From an uncultured Gemmatimonadaceae bacterium (lineage in GTDB: Bacteria > Gemmatimonadota > Gemmatimonadetes > Gemmatimonadales > Gemmatimonadaceae), in NCBI GenBank assembly GCA_963740355.1, contig CAVUDW010000002.1, positions 2,489,537-2,553,536 of the forward strand: DNA of 64,000 nt, given 5' to 3'. A program made the translations under genes and the position numbers. How positions within the stretch are numbered: position 1 is the stretch's first letter; each line of letters opens with the position of its first letter. Below are positions 9,576 to 20,664 of this stretch, one piece after another. Under the pieces are notes generated by a model. That model saw nothing but the letters and a program-made list of their open reading frames with translations. It did no database searches and was not told the origin of the DNA.

Positions 9576-10378
9576 GGCTGGCGCGTCCGATCAAGGAACT
9601 TGCGAACGCCGGCACGGAAATCCTCCGTGGCACGGGACTCCACATTGGTGGCGACACCGATGCCGATGCTCTGCGCAAAGTCGAGATCGTCCATGCGGTA
9701 GAGCAACCGCTTGGTCAGGCCAACCGCCGTGCGCGGGGACTTCACCAGGGCGTCGATGGTCTTCGTCACCTCGGCCGGAAACGCCGCGGTCGGAATGCAG
9801 CGGCTGATGAGACCAATGCGCTCTGCCTCCGCCGCACTGATGAGGCGCCCTGTGAGCACCAGCTCTGCCGCCCGCTTCTCACCCACGGCCCGGCGCAGCA
9901 TCGTCATGACCATCGCCGGAACGAAGCCGATCCGCACTTCGGGATAACCGAAGACTGCCGACTCTTCCGCGAGGACGATGTCGCATGCCGTCGCCAGGCC
10001 CGCTCCGCCCGCGAGGGCGCGGCCGCGCACGATGGCGACGATCGGCTTCGACATCTCGCGCATGGTCGAGAACACACGACCGAGCGCACGTGCGTCCTCG
10101 ATGTGCGCGTCGGGGCCGCTCTCGAGCGTTGCATCGAGGGCCGTCAGGTCGGCACCGGCGCAGAAGTCGTCGCCGTCACCCTCGACGATGATCACACGCA
10201 CGTCGTCCGCCGCCTCGAGTTCGAGCAGCGCTGACGTCAACTCTACGGCGGTCTGCTGATCGAGTGCGTTTTTCTTGTCTGGCCGTGCGAGCGTTATGAC
10301 GCCAAGCCCCTCGGCGCGCACGGTGCGAATGCGCGACCGGACCACGGACAGCGACGACGGCGTCGGTCGGCTCATCAT
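9572..10378 (-). CDS. Enoyl-CoA hydratase/isomerase (methylglutaconyl-CoA hydratase-like)
   Basis: RPDKKNAL, FCAGADL, ALAGGAGLATACD, FGYPEVRIG. Confidence 0.9.
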   Translation of the reverse strand: MMSRPTPSSLSVVRSRIRTVRAEGLGVITLARPDKKNALDQQTAVELTSALLELEAADDVRVIIVEGDGDDFCAGADLTALDATLESGPDAHIEDARALGRVFSTMREMSKPIVAIVRGRALAGGAGLATACDIVLAEESAVFGYPEVRIGFVPAMVMTMLRRAVGEKRAAELVLTGRLISAAEAERIGLISRCIPTAAFPAEVTKTIDALVKSPRTAVGLTKRLLYRMDDLDFAQSIGIGVATNVESRATEDFRAGVRKFLDRTRQP

Positions 10379-10756
10379 TTACTCCTGGTTGCCCTGCACT
10401 GGGAGTTTCAGCGCCGCCGCTTCGTCGGCCGGCACGTTCAACACCATGCGCAGCATGGCGGTCGACACCACCTTGCCCTGTGCATCGGTCTTGAGTGACA
10501 AGGTACCACCGCCGTCGAGGGCGCCATGCAGCAGGAAGTTCAGCGCATTGAGATTCGGCAGTTCAAAGCGTTCGACCTTGCCGGAGATCAGTGCGCCGTA
10601 GTGATCGCGCACACGCTCGGTGGTGAGTTCGCGCGCCAATAGCGGATACCATTCCGGGCGCAGGGCAATCACGCCGCAATTGGCCATGTCGCCCTTGTCA
10701 CCCGATCGGGTGTGCGCGAGATCGAGCAGGCGGACCTGCACTGTCGGCTGTGTCAT
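10379..10756 (-). CDS. AtuA C-terminal-like small protein
   Basis: [36 protein letters not shown] match the AtuA C-terminal domain. Confidence 0.85.
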   Translation of the reverse strand: MTQPTVQVRLLDLAHTRSGDKGDMANCGVIALRPEWYPLLARELTTERVRDHYGALISGKVERFELPNLNALNFLLHGALDGGGTLSLKTDAQGKVVSTAMLRMVLNVPADEAAALKLPVQGNQE

Positions 10757-12114
10757 GACACCACCTCAACGTGCGTCGTGACGACGCGCTTGTCGATCAG
10801 CGCCGGCCAGTAGGCGATGACCTCCTCGACTTTCGGGCGACCACCGGCAAATCCGGTGACGCTGGGCGGACCATTGAGCACCAGGGGCGCGATCTCTCGT
10901 GTGAAGCGCTCGACGCTGGCCCGATCCTCACCTCGTACACCGATGCGGTATTGCACTTCTGGCGCGTCACGCCCGTCGCCCGCGAGGTGGCCGTGCGTGG
11001 CGTTGGCGCCGACGAATTCGGAAAGCACCTGGTCGAACTTCAGGCCGAGTCGATCGAGGCGTTCCCGCAAGATCCGATTGGCGAGCTCTGCTTTTTCCAT
11101 CGCATCGGGCCATGAGTACACGAGCGAACCAACCGCCTTGTACCCGGCGCGATAAGCGATGGACACCTTGAGGAACGGCGTCGCAGGCCCACCGGCGATG
11201 CCGTGGACCCGGACACGGTTCTCACCGTCGGCGGCAACCCGAATCGACGTGAAATCCGCGACGACGTCAGGCGTGATGTAGGCGTGAGGATCGCCCATCT
11301 CATACACCAACTGCTCGGTCACACTCGGCACGCTGACGCGTCCGCCGGTATTGGGATGCTTGGTGATCACGAATGACCCGTCCTCGACGACTTCGGCGAT
11401 CGGGTAACCGATGTTCGCGAGGTCGGGGATCGAGCGCCATTCGTGCAGGCAATTGCCGCCGGATGACTGCGCACCGCATTCGAGTATGTGTCCGGCGACG
11501 ATGCCGGCAGCGAGCTGGTTCCATGAATCCGCCGCCCAGCCGAACTCATGTCGCAGCGGAGCCATCGTGAGCGCGGTGTCTGTGGAACGACCCGTGACCA
11601 CGATCTGCGCACCTTGTTGCAGCGCCTGCACGATGGGTGTGGAACCGATGTATGCGTTCGCCGAGAGCACCCTGCCTCGCACGGTGGAGAGCGGCGCGCC
11701 AGTCTCCATGTGCTTCAGCTCGTGCCCGGCCGCCAGCAACTCATCGATGCGCGGCAGGAGATCATCACCGGTGACGACACCGATCTTCACCTTGCCACCG
11801 TGACCAGCCTTGGCGATCGCAGCGACCAGTGCTTGTGCACAGGCGACGGGATTCACGCCGCCAGCGTTGGCAATGACCTTCACGCCGCGTTCGACGATCC
11901 CGGGCAGCACGCTCTCGATCGCCCCGATGAAATCGCGCGCATACCCCATCGCGGGATCACGTTCCTTCTGCTTTTGCAGAATGGACATCGTGACTTCGGC
12001 GAGATAATCGAGCATGAGGTAGTCGATCGGCCCACCGTCGACCTGCTGCCGTGGCGCGTCGAGCGAATCGCCCCAGAAGCCCTGACCGCTGGCAACGCGT
12101 ACCGTCCGTGTCAT
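10753..12114 (-). CDS. Acyclic terpene utilization AtuA family protein (DUF1446)
   Basis: [59 protein letters not shown]. Start at ATG 12114. Confidence 0.9.
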   Translation of the reverse strand: MTRTVRVASGQGFWGDSLDAPRQQVDGGPIDYLMLDYLAEVTMSILQKQKERDPAMGYARDFIGAIESVLPGIVERGVKVIANAGGVNPVACAQALVAAIAKAGHGGKVKIGVVTGDDLLPRIDELLAAGHELKHMETGAPLSTVRGRVLSANAYIGSTPIVQALQQGAQIVVTGRSTDTALTMAPLRHEFGWAADSWNQLAAGIVAGHILECGAQSSGGNCLHEWRSIPDLANIGYPIAEVVEDGSFVITKHPNTGGRVSVPSVTEQLVYEMGDPHAYITPDVVADFTSIRVAADGENRVRVHGIAGGPATPFLKVSIAYRAGYKAVGSLVYSWPDAMEKAELANRILRERLDRLGLKFDQVLSEFVGANATHGHLAGDGRDAPEVQYRIGVRGEDRASVERFTREIAPLVLNGPPSVTGFAGGRPKVEEVIAYWPALIDKRVVTTHVEVVS

Positions 12115-12136
12115 CGTATCTCCAGGCGTGACTGCA

Positions 12137-13759
12137 TCACGCCATTTCCATCGGTTGCGGCGGGAGCACGAAGGCTCCGAGATGAGGGCCCGGATTGCGG
12201 CGCGCGGCGCGAAGCGCGAGCGCCAGCAAGGGGCGAGTGTCTTCGGGGTACACGATCGCATCCGCAAAACCACGTGCGGCAGCGTAGCGAGCGTCCAGCT
12301 GTTGTTCGTAGTCCTCGCGCATGGTGGCAATCGACTGCTGCAACTCGTCCGACGGAGCGGCACCGACTTTCTTCAACGCCTCGAGCGTCGGTCCGTGCAC
12401 GGCCGCGATCGCGCTTTCGCCTTCCATGACGGCCATGCGACCGGTGGGCCAGCTGAGGATCAGGTCGGGATCGAAACCCTGCGCTGCCATGGCGTAGTAG
12501 CCGGCGCCGGACGCGTGGTTCACCGTCAGCACGATCTTCGGCACGCGCGCTGTCGCCATCGCCTCGACCCAGCGTGCACCAGCGCGAATGATGCCGTCGT
12601 GTTCTGCCTCCGGCCCAACCATGAAGCCAGAGACATCCTGCACGAAGAGCAACGGAATACCCTGCCGGTCGCAGCGATCGATGAAGAAAGCGACCTTCTC
12701 TGCGCTCTCGGCGTAAATGATGCCACCGAAACGCGGCTTCTCACCCGGGCGACCCTTGATCAGTCCGCGCTGGTTCGTGATCACACCAACCGCGATGCCT
12801 TCGATGCGAGCGTCGGCGCAGATCACTTCCTTCGCGAGGTCGCCCTGGAATTCCATCAGGGAGCCGGCGTCGACGACCGCCTCCAGCACATGGTGCATGT
12901 CGTAGGACATGCGATGGTCAGCCGGCAGCACATCGTAGAGCGACTCCGGCGCACGCGCTGGCGCCGTCGGGGCGACATCGGCGTTGCGAGCGTCGTGTTG
13001 CGCACCAGGCAGCCGCTGGATCATCTCGCGCAACATGCGCAAGCAATGCGGATCATCGTCGGCGGTGTAGTGTGCCACACCGCTGATCGCCGTGTGTGTG
13101 CTGGCACCACCGAGTGTTTCACCATCGATGGTCTGGCCGGTGGCGCCCTTCACCAGGTTCGGTCCGCCGAGTCCCATGAAGGAGGTGCCCTTCACCATCA
13201 CGATCACGTCGCTGAGCGCCGGCAAATAGGCGCCGCCCGCGATGCACGGACCCATGACGGCCGACAACTGCGGAATGCGCAGGTATCGCCGCATGATCGA
13301 GTTGTAGTAGAAGATGCGCGCCGCGCCGTACTGGCCCGGGAACACACCGCCCTGGTACGGCAGGTTAACGCCGGCGCTGTCGACCAGATACACGATCGGC
13401 AATCGACACCGCATCGCCAGTTCCTGCGCGCGGAGGATCTTCTTGATCGTTTCAGGCCACCAGGAACCCGCCTTCACGGTGGCGTCGTTGGCGACGATCA
13501 CGACTTCACGGCCCTGCACGACGCCGAGCGCCGTGATCACGCCGGCCGCGGGGGCCTGGCCGTCATACTGGTCGTACGCGACGAGCAGTCCGAGTTCGAG
13601 AAACGGGGCACCGACATCACACAGCGCGGTGACGCGCTCTCGTGCCGTCAGCTTGCCGCGGGCATGCTCCTTTGCCGATCGCTCGGGACCGCCACCTTCA
13701 CGAACTTTCGCCTCGACTTCCCGAACGGCGTCGCTGAGCTGCCGCAGGCGCGTACTCAC
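12137..13759 (-). CDS. Acyl-CoA carboxylase carboxyltransferase subunit (MccB/LiuB-like)
   Basis: [49 protein letters not shown]. Confidence 0.9.
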   Translation of the reverse strand: MSTRLRQLSDAVREVEAKVREGGGPERSAKEHARGKLTARERVTALCDVGAPFLELGLLVAYDQYDGQAPAAGVITALGVVQGREVVIVANDATVKAGSWWPETIKKILRAQELAMRCRLPIVYLVDSAGVNLPYQGGVFPGQYGAARIFYYNSIMRRYLRIPQLSAVMGPCIAGGAYLPALSDVIVMVKGTSFMGLGGPNLVKGATGQTIDGETLGGASTHTAISGVAHYTADDDPHCLRMLREMIQRLPGAQHDARNADVAPTAPARAPESLYDVLPADHRMSYDMHHVLEAVVDAGSLMEFQGDLAKEVICADARIEGIAVGVITNQRGLIKGRPGEKPRFGGIIYAESAEKVAFFIDRCDRQGIPLLFVQDVSGFMVGPEAEHDGIIRAGARWVEAMATARVPKIVLTVNHASGAGYYAMAAQGFDPDLILSWPTGRMAVMEGESAIAAVHGPTLEALKKVGAAPSDELQQSIATMREDYEQQLDARYAAARGFADAIVYPEDTRPLLALALRAARRNPGPHLGAFVLPPQPMEMA

Positions 13760-14169
13760 GTCGGCAGCGACTCCTTCTCCGCAAACCAGGTGCGGATGAA
13801 TTCGACCAGGTCAGCGGTACTCGTTCCGGGGCCGAAGAGCTGGCCGACGCCCTGTGCCTTGAGCGATTCCATGTCTTCCTTCGGGATGATGCCGCCACCC
13901 GTGAGGAGGATATCGTCGCGCCCCTGCTCCTTGAGCAACGTGAGCACGCGTGGAAAAAGCGTCATGTGGGCGCCGCTGAGGATCGACAGCCCAACGACAT
14001 CCACGTCCTCCTGGACGGCCGCCGTAGCGATCATCTCGGGGGTCTGGTGGAGTCCTGTATAAATCACTTCCATGCCGGCGTCGCGCAGGGCGGCCGCCAC
14101 AACCTTGGCACCACGGTCGTGGCCATCGAGCCCCGGCTTCGCCACCAGCACGCGAATCGGTCGGGTCAT
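13756..14169 (-). CDS. Cobalamin-binding small subunit of acyl-CoA mutase
   Basis: [12 protein letters not shown] (DxHxxG), [20 protein letters not shown]. Confidence 0.95.
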   Translation of the reverse strand: MTRPIRVLVAKPGLDGHDRGAKVVAAALRDAGMEVIYTGLHQTPEMIATAAVQEDVDVVGLSILSGAHMTLFPRVLTLLKEQGRDDILLTGGGIIPKEDMESLKAQGVGQLFGPGTSTADLVEFIRTWFAEKESLPT

Positions 14170-14208
14170 AACACTGAGGTCGTAGGGACGAATGACAGCA
14201 TGGGAAAG

Positions 14209-14994
14209 CTAGCGGCGGGTTCGCTTGCGAGGGAGCAATGGCTTCCGGGCCACCAGCAACATCTCGGCCGAGGTGCGGCGGAGGGGCCGATCCTCCAGCC
14301 CGTCATACACCGCCTCGACCTCGAGGCCGGCGTCGGTACAGAGCTCAGCGAGGCGCGTGGCCGTGTAGAGCCGGATCCGGTGCATGCGCTGACCGGCCCC
14401 GGACGGGCCCCGCCACGTGGTCTGGATAGTGATCTCACCGCTGATCGGGTCGAACGCGCGGTCATGGCTGACGGCGGTGCCGTCCTGCGTCTTCCAGCTG
14501 TCGCGACCGACCCAGCGCGACACGACGCCGTCGCGGCTGCCGCCGTACCAGACCAAACGGCCGCCGGGCGCCAGCACCCTCGCGAACTCCTCGATCACAG
14601 TCGCGTCGTCGCGGGCGTCGTCGAAGAATCCAAAGGACGTGAACAGGTTGAGCACTGCATCGAACTTGCCCGACCAGGGTGCGGGCAGCGAGCGCATGTC
14701 GCCGCGTCGGTACCGAAGTCGCTTGCCCGTGCCACGCTCCTTGGCGATGCGAAGCAACGGCATGGAGTAGTCGACGCCCGTGACGTCGTAGCCGGCCTCG
14801 GCCAGCAGGTGGGCGTGCCGTCCCTGCCCGCATGGACAATCGAGAATTGCCGCACCGTCGGGCAACTCGAGGATTTCCATCAGACGCGTGACTTCGGCAC
14901 GATTGATGGTTTCCTCGAACAGTGGCTCGAATTCGAGGAGATAACTCTCGTCGAAGTAGGTCTGCCACCATGCGGATTCTTGTCCAGGCGTCAT
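14209..14994 (-). CDS. Class I SAM-dependent methyltransferase
   Basis: ILDCPCGQGRH, VTGVDYS, GDMR, FTSFGFF, LAPGG. Start at ATG 14994. Confidence 0.85.
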   Translation of the reverse strand: MTPGQESAWWQTYFDESYLLEFEPLFEETINRAEVTRLMEILELPDGAAILDCPCGQGRHAHLLAEAGYDVTGVDYSMPLLRIAKERGTGKRLRYRRGDMRSLPAPWSGKFDAVLNLFTSFGFFDDARDDATVIEEFARVLAPGGRLVWYGGSRDGVVSRWVGRDSWKTQDGTAVSHDRAFDPISGEITIQTTWRGPSGAGQRMHRIRLYTATRLAELCTDAGLEVEAVYDGLEDRPLRRTSAEMLLVARKPLLPRKRTRR

Positions 14995-15036
14995 CGGATG
15001 CGACGGAAAGCTCTTGCCGAGGAGAACTGCGCGGGG

Positions 15037-15083
15037 AAAACACACCGACCGCCCGCGCCATCCACGATGGCACGAGCGGTCGG
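15037..15083 (-). terminator. Putative intrinsic terminator downstream of mutase large subunit
   Basis: Hairpin CCGACCGCTCGTGCCATC-GTG-GATGGCGCGGGCGGTCGG followed by TGTGTTTT on the minus strand. Confidence 0.5.
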
Positions 15084-15136
15084 ATCATCAAGCGACCGAC
15101 AACTGATCCGCGACGGACGCGGAACGCGGTGGTCGA

Positions 15137-16828
15137 TCAGAAGAAGACCGGCTCCCGATAGGCTCCGAACACATCCTCGAGCGCCGCACGAATCTCGAAC
15201 AGGGTGGCATAACTGCGGGCGCAATCGAGGATCAACGGCACCAGGTTTGCCGATCCCCGCGCTCCACTACGCAACGCGTCGAGATTCCGCTGGACGGCGG
15301 CGTTGTCGCGCGTCGCACGCATGGTCGCCATGCGCTCACGCTGTTCGCGTTCCGCATCCATGCCAACCTTCAGCAGCGGGATGGTGATCTCCTCGTTGTC
15401 GTTCGTGAACTCGTTGACGCCGACCACCAGGCGCCGCCGCTGCTCGATTTCCCACTGATGCCGTGATGCGGCCTCGGCAATCTTGCGCTGGAACCACCCT
15501 TCCTCGAGTCCCTTCACGACACCGCCCTGCTCCTCGATCTGTGCGAAGAGTGCTTCGGCCTCGCGCTCGAGCGAATCGGTGAGTGATTCGACGTAGTAGG
15601 ACCCGCCCAGTGGATCCATGACGTTCGGGATGCCCGTTTCGTAGGCGAGAATCTGCTGCGTGCGAAGTGCCACCTGCACCGCTTCCTCGGTCGGCAGCGC
15701 GAGGGTCTCGTCCATCGAATTAGTGTGCAACGACTGCGTGCCGCCGAGCACGGCGGCGAGCGCCTGATAGGCCACGCGCGCGACGTTGTTCATCGGCTGC
15801 TGTGCCGTGAGCGTCACACCAGCCGTCTGCGAATGGAACCGCAGCATCCACGACTTCGGATCGCGCGCACCGAATTTTTCGCGCAGGACACGGGCCCAGA
15901 TGCGACGTGCGGCGCGCAGCTTCGCGATTTCCTCGAAGAAATCGTTGTGGATGTCGAAGAAGAACGAGAGCCGCGGTGCGAACGAGTCCACGTCCAGCCC
16001 GCGCGCGATCCCGCGCTCGACGTAGGTGAAGCCGTCTGCGAGCGTGAACGCCAATTCCTGCGCAGCGGTCGCACCCGCCTCACGGATGTGGTACCCCGAG
16101 ATGGAAATCGTGTTGAAGAGCGGCGCGTTCTGCGCGCTCCACTCGAATCCGTCGACGATCAGGCGCAGCGCGGGCTCGATCGGGAAGCACCAGGCATGCT
16201 GCGCCATGTACTCCTTCAGGATGTCGTTCTGGACCGTGCCACGAATCTTCGAGGCCGGCACACCCTGCTTCTCGGCGGCGGCGATGTAAAAGCAATAGAG
16301 GATCAGCGCCGGGCCGTTGATCGTCATCGACGTCGACACCTGGTCGAGCGGGATGCCGTCGAAGAGCGTCTCCATGTCGGCGAGGGATGAGATCGAGACG
16401 CCGGTCTTGCCGACTTCGCCTTCCGAGCGTGGATGATCGGCGTCGTAGCCCATCAAGGTCGGGAAATCGAACGCCACCGAGAGCCCGGTCTGTCCCTGCG
16501 AGAGCAGGAACTTGAACCGCTCGTTCGTGTCGCGGGCCGAGCCGAAGCCTGCGAACTGGCGCATCGTCCAGAGCTTGCCGCGATAACCGGTGGGGTGAAT
16601 TCCGCGCGTGAAGGGCCATGCTCCTGGCACTTCGAGTGCGATTTCCGGATCGGGCCCGTCGAGCGGTGTGTAGAGGGGCTCGACCGGGTTGGCAGAATTC
16701 ACGTAGGCGATGTCGCGCTTCTCGCCCTTCTCGTAGCGTGCACGCCAGCTCGCTACTTCGTTGCGGAGCCGTTCGAGCTCAGCCTGCTGCTCGCGGACGG
16801 TCTCGGAAAGATCAGAGATCGAAGTCAT
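15137..16828 (-). CDS. B12-dependent acyl-CoA mutase large subunit (MCM family, ICM-type specificity residues)
   Basis: [53 protein letters not shown]. Confidence 0.95.
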   Translation of the reverse strand: MTSISDLSETVREQQAELERLRNEVASWRARYEKGEKRDIAYVNSANPVEPLYTPLDGPDPEIALEVPGAWPFTRGIHPTGYRGKLWTMRQFAGFGSARDTNERFKFLLSQGQTGLSVAFDFPTLMGYDADHPRSEGEVGKTGVSISSLADMETLFDGIPLDQVSTSMTINGPALILYCFYIAAAEKQGVPASKIRGTVQNDILKEYMAQHAWCFPIEPALRLIVDGFEWSAQNAPLFNTISISGYHIREAGATAAQELAFTLADGFTYVERGIARGLDVDSFAPRLSFFFDIHNDFFEEIAKLRAARRIWARVLREKFGARDPKSWMLRFHSQTAGVTLTAQQPMNNVARVAYQALAAVLGGTQSLHTNSMDETLALPTEEAVQVALRTQQILAYETGIPNVMDPLGGSYYVESLTDSLEREAEALFAQIEEQGGVVKGLEEGWFQRKIAEAASRHQWEIEQRRRLVVGVNEFTNDNEEITIPLLKVGMDAEREQRERMATMRATRDNAAVQRNLDALRSGARGSANLVPLILDCARSYATLFEIRAALEDVFGAYREPVFF

Positions 16829-17958
16829 GTCGGGAGCCCCGCCATCAGGGTTGCACTACGCGCCAGGAGCGCATCAGCGATTGCAAACGGAGTGGTGTCA
16901 CCACGCTCGAGAGCGGGAAGCGCGTCATCGATGAACGACTGCGTGCCGGCGTCGCTCCACAACCGACGTCGCAGACGGTCCTCGGCAACCTCCACGACCC
17001 GTTCGCGCATCCGGCTCCGGCGCCGCTCCGCCAGTCCGCCTGAATCCTGAAGGTAGTCGAAGTGCCGGGTGATGGCCGCGAGGAGCTCGGGGATACCGCG
17101 GCCATCGGCCGCCACGGTATTCACCACGGCGGGGACCCAGCCGCCTGCGGCATGTGGGTCGGCCGAGGCTTCCCGCGCCGCTTTCGCCGGGGACAGCGCC
17201 TTCTGTGCGGCGGCCTTTTCGGCGGTGCCCAGCTTCCGCAGGTCTACTCCGTGATGGGCTGGTACACCACGCATCGTGTCGCCCATCCGCATGCCCAACA
17301 TCAATTCGATGTCGCCGCGCAGCCGGTCGGCACCCGGGCGATCACTCTTGTTGACGACGAACAGGTCCGCGATCTCCATCACGCCGGCTTTCAGCGTCTG
17401 GATGCTGTCGCCGCTCTCCGGGACGAGCACCACCACGCTGGTATCGGCCGTGCGCGCGACGTCCAGTTCACTCTGCCCCACACCGACCGTCTCGATGAGA
17501 ATGCGGTCGAACCCGAATCCGTCCAGCACGTCGCACGTTTCGCGCGTGGCCGCAGCCAGCCCCCCGAGCGATCCACGGGTGGCCATCGACCGGATGTAAA
17601 CGCCGGGATCGAGTGCGACCCGCTCCATGCGGATGCGATCACCGAGCAGCGCGCCGCCCGTGAATGGCGAGGTCGGATCGACGGCGACGACGGCGACCGT
17701 CAGGCCATCGGCACGCATCGCCTCGACGAGGGCGGTGGTGATCGTACTCTTGCCTGCGCCCGGCGGCCCCGTGATGCCAATGCGTCGCGCGCGGCCAAGG
17801 CGAGGGTGGAGCACGGCGAGCAAGGCGTCGAAACCACTGCGATGGTTCTCGACGATCGAGATCGCTCGCGCCAGCGCGGCCCGTTGTCCGGCGTCGAATG
17901 CCGTCAGCAGTGATGCGATGGCCGGTGGCACGTTCACGGAATCAGCGATTCCAGTCAT
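16825..17958 (-). CDS. meaB: MeaB/ArgK family mutase-associated GTPase
   Basis: [46 protein letters not shown]. Confidence 0.95.
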   Translation of the reverse strand: MTGIADSVNVPPAIASLLTAFDAGQRAALARAISIVENHRSGFDALLAVLHPRLGRARRIGITGPPGAGKSTITTALVEAMRADGLTVAVVAVDPTSPFTGGALLGDRIRMERVALDPGVYIRSMATRGSLGGLAAATRETCDVLDGFGFDRILIETVGVGQSELDVARTADTSVVVLVPESGDSIQTLKAGVMEIADLFVVNKSDRPGADRLRGDIELMLGMRMGDTMRGVPAHHGVDLRKLGTAEKAAAQKALSPAKAAREASADPHAAGGWVPAVVNTVAADGRGIPELLAAITRHFDYLQDSGGLAERRRSRMRERVVEVAEDRLRRRLWSDAGTQSFIDDALPALERGDTTPFAIADALLARSATLMAGLPT

Positions 17959-18929
17959 GTCGTGACGGGATCTGGTTGGTGTTCATCATGTTCGTCGTCG
18001 ATGTCACCCACGACTTCTTCGAGCAGGTCCTCCAGCGTCACCAACCCCAGCACCGGACCGTCGCCCTCGCGCACGAGCGCCAGGTGCTGGCGGTTCTGCA
18101 GCATGGCGAAGAGCTGGTCGCTGCACTTGCGATCGATCGACGCGATGCCGACCGGGCGCACCGGCAGCGCCGCCTCGCCCTCGCTGGTGAGGACGTCGCG
18201 CACGTGGACCATCCCGACGACGTTGTCGAGCGTGTCCTTGTACACCGGCACCCGGCTGTAACCGGACTGTGCGATCTGGCGTGCCTGGTCGGCATGCGAG
18301 AGGGTCACATCGAGTGCGAAGACCTGGTCGCGCGGCGTCAGGACGTCGCGCAATGTTTTATCACCGAATGCGACCAATCCGGTGATGATCTCACGCTCTC
18401 CCGGCAAGCTGACACCCTCGCGTTCGCCTTCGCGGAGCAGCACCTCGAGCGCCTCGCGTTCGGCGTTCGCTGGCGTCGCCGTGCTTTCCGGGCGCAACAC
18501 CCGCTCGAGTGCGCGCGCCGGGAGCAGGAACACCGCCAACACCACTTCGACGACCTGCAGCACCGGCAGCAGGAAGGGGGCCAACGGCACGGCCCAGCGC
18601 TGGCCGACGGCGCGGGGCACGGCAACGCCGAGGATCAGGATGCCCAGCGCGGTCAGCAGCAACCAGACGGCAAGAGTTCTCGGCTCGTCGCGCAGTGCAA
18701 GCGACAGCATCGCCCCGCCTGACAGGACGATGGCCGCTGCGCCCGCACCAGCGGCGTGCTGCAGCCGCTGTGGCTGCTCCAGGTAGGCCTCCGCCAGGCC
18801 GGCACCCCGCAATCGCTGCTCGACCCAGTGTCGCAGCCAGATACGACTGACCGCGCGCACCGCTTGCGACGCCAGCGTCATGGCTGCGACACCGGCAATG
18901 ATGAGGAGGGCAAGTGAAAAGGAGCCCAT
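17955..18929 (-). CDS. CNNM/DUF21-CBS domain protein (hemolysin family)
   Basis: TM region, VLTPR, GYSRVPVY, GLVTLEDLLEEVVGDI.DE. No C-terminal CorC domain. Confidence 0.85.
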   Translation of the reverse strand: MGSFSLALLIIAGVAAMTLASQAVRAVSRIWLRHWVEQRLRGAGLAEAYLEQPQRLQHAAGAGAAAIVLSGGAMLSLALRDEPRTLAVWLLLTALGILILGVAVPRAVGQRWAVPLAPFLLPVLQVVEVVLAVFLLPARALERVLRPESTATPANAEREALEVLLREGEREGVSLPGEREIITGLVAFGDKTLRDVLTPRDQVFALDVTLSHADQARQIAQSGYSRVPVYKDTLDNVVGMVHVRDVLTSEGEAALPVRPVGIASIDRKCSDQLFAMLQNRQHLALVREGDGPVLGLVTLEDLLEEVVGDIDDEHDEHQPDPVTT

Positions 18930-20164
18930 CAGCCTTCCTCGCCGTCAGGGCTTTCGACCAGTGGCTCCAGTCGCTCGAAGTACACGCGCAGCACTTGCCG
19001 ACGCCGCACCTGCTCGACGACCACGCGGAACCCGGCGATCTCCAGTTGCTCACCGGCCCGTGGTACGCGGCCGAGTCGCTCCATGATCAAGCCGCCCACG
19101 GTGCCGACTTCGTCACTTTCGATGTCGACGCCAAGCGTCTCCGACAGCTCGTCGAGCGTGATCCGGCCCGTGACCCAGAATTCACGATTCGCCCGACTCT
19201 CGAACTGCCGCTCCGCTTCGGTGTCGTGCTCGTCCTCGATCTCGCCGACGATCTCCTCGAGAATGTCTTCGATGGTGACGATGCCAGCGGTGCCGCCATA
19301 CTCGTCCATGACGATCGCGATGTGCTTGCGCTGCGAGCGAAACTCACGCAGCAAGGCATCGATCGGCTTGGTCGGGGGGATGTAGTAACCAGGGCGCATC
19401 CGCGACAGCCAGCCCTGCGCGGGCTCCTCGTCGTCGAGAATGTCAGCGAGCAAGTCCTTCACATACAACACGCCGATCACGTCGTCGATCTGTTCGCGAT
19501 AGACAGGCAGTCGCGAGTGCGCCGATGAGCGGAAGCGATCGATCACTTCCGACCAGGGCGTCTCGCGTTCGATTGCGATCAGCTCCACGCGCGGCGTCAT
19601 GATCTCCTGCACCTGCGTTTCGCCGAGCGAGAAGGCGCCCTGCAACAGCGTCCGTTCCTTGCCCGTGACGTCAGCCTCGGCGGCCACGATGTCGAGGAAC
19701 TGCTCGGTCGCCACATCGTCGGCGTCGGCATCGACCTTCGCGACCGGAAATGCGGAGGCGAGCCCATGCTCGACCCGTTCCATCAGGAGCACCAGCGGTG
19801 TCGCCATCAGCGTCACGAAAGCTGCCCAACCTGACAGCCACGCACTTGGGCCATCGGCACGTGTCGCACCGATCGTGCGCGCGAGGGTCTCGGCCGCGCC
19901 AACGACCGCCAGAAGCAGCACGAGCGCGGCGATCAATTGCGGGCCTGACTCCTGCCAGAGCGGTGGTGCCACGGCACCGGCGAAGAGGAAAAACAGCAGT
20001 CGCGAACCGCTCAGCGCCCGATGCACGCGTTCACGATCGCGCACCAGCCACGCCCGACGCACATCGTCGGCCGGACCGGCGGTGAGGCTTGTGACAAGGC
20101 CATCCGCCGCAACGGAGGCACCGGCGGCGAAGAGAAGGAATGCGAACAGCAGCCAGAGCAGCAT
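18929..20164 (-). CDS. CNNM-CBS-CorC/HlyC domain protein (hemolysin family)
   Basis: IMTPR, HSRLPVY, DEYGGTAGIVTIEDILEEIVGEI.DE and CorC motif TVGGLI..LGRVP..GE. Start at ATG 20164. Confidence 0.9.
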   Translation of the reverse strand: MLLWLLFAFLLFAAGASVAADGLVTSLTAGPADDVRRAWLVRDRERVHRALSGSRLLFFLFAGAVAPPLWQESGPQLIAALVLLLAVVGAAETLARTIGATRADGPSAWLSGWAAFVTLMATPLVLLMERVEHGLASAFPVAKVDADADDVATEQFLDIVAAEADVTGKERTLLQGAFSLGETQVQEIMTPRVELIAIERETPWSEVIDRFRSSAHSRLPVYREQIDDVIGVLYVKDLLADILDDEEPAQGWLSRMRPGYYIPPTKPIDALLREFRSQRKHIAIVMDEYGGTAGIVTIEDILEEIVGEIEDEHDTEAERQFESRANREFWVTGRITLDELSETLGVDIESDEVGTVGGLIMERLGRVPRAGEQLEIAGFRVVVEQVRRRQVLRVYFERLEPLVESPDGEEG

Positions 20165-20169
20165 ACCGG

Positions 20170-20622
20170 TCAGACGAGGCCGCGACGAATGGCGGCACGG
20201 AGATACTTCTCCTGTGCACGCCACATCGGCGACTGCACGCGGGCCTCACCATCCGGATGTTCGAGGCCCAGCGTGTGCAGCGTACCGTGGATCACCAGGC
20301 GCGCGATCTCCTCGCGGACCGGCACGCCCCACGCCTTCGCGTTCAGTCGCGCGACGTCGGCGCAGATATACATGTCCCCCGTCACCGGAGCGTCATTCAC
20401 GGGGCGTGTCAGCTCGAAGGTGATGATGTCCGTCGCACCGGCGTGCCCGAGCTGCTCGCGATTCATCCGCGCCATGGCCCGCGACGAGAGGAACGTCACG
20501 CTGATGATGGCGTCATCGATTTCTTCCGCCTTCAGTGTCAGGCGGACGAGTGCATCAACTCGTGCGGCACTGAGTGGCGCACGCTGGCCGCCCGGCGCGG
20601 CAGACTCGACTTCGATCGGCAT
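20170..20622 (-). CDS. ybeY: rRNA maturation RNase YbeY
   Basis: TDIITF, GDMYIC, IHGTLHTLGLEH (H3xH5xH). Confidence 0.9.
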   Translation of the reverse strand: MPIEVESAAPGGQRAPLSAARVDALVRLTLKAEEIDDAIISVTFLSSRAMARMNREQLGHAGATDIITFELTRPVNDAPVTGDMYICADVARLNAKAWGVPVREEIARLVIHGTLHTLGLEHPDGEARVQSPMWRAQEKYLRAAIRRGLV

Positions 20623-20664
20623 CAGCGTCGGCCTGCGTTGGCGACGCTGCGTCGCTGCGGAGGG

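Noticed and set aside
10379..12114. AtuA split as a frameshift artefact
   Set aside because: A clean ATGA stop/start overlap and complete-looking termini indicate two genuine genes.
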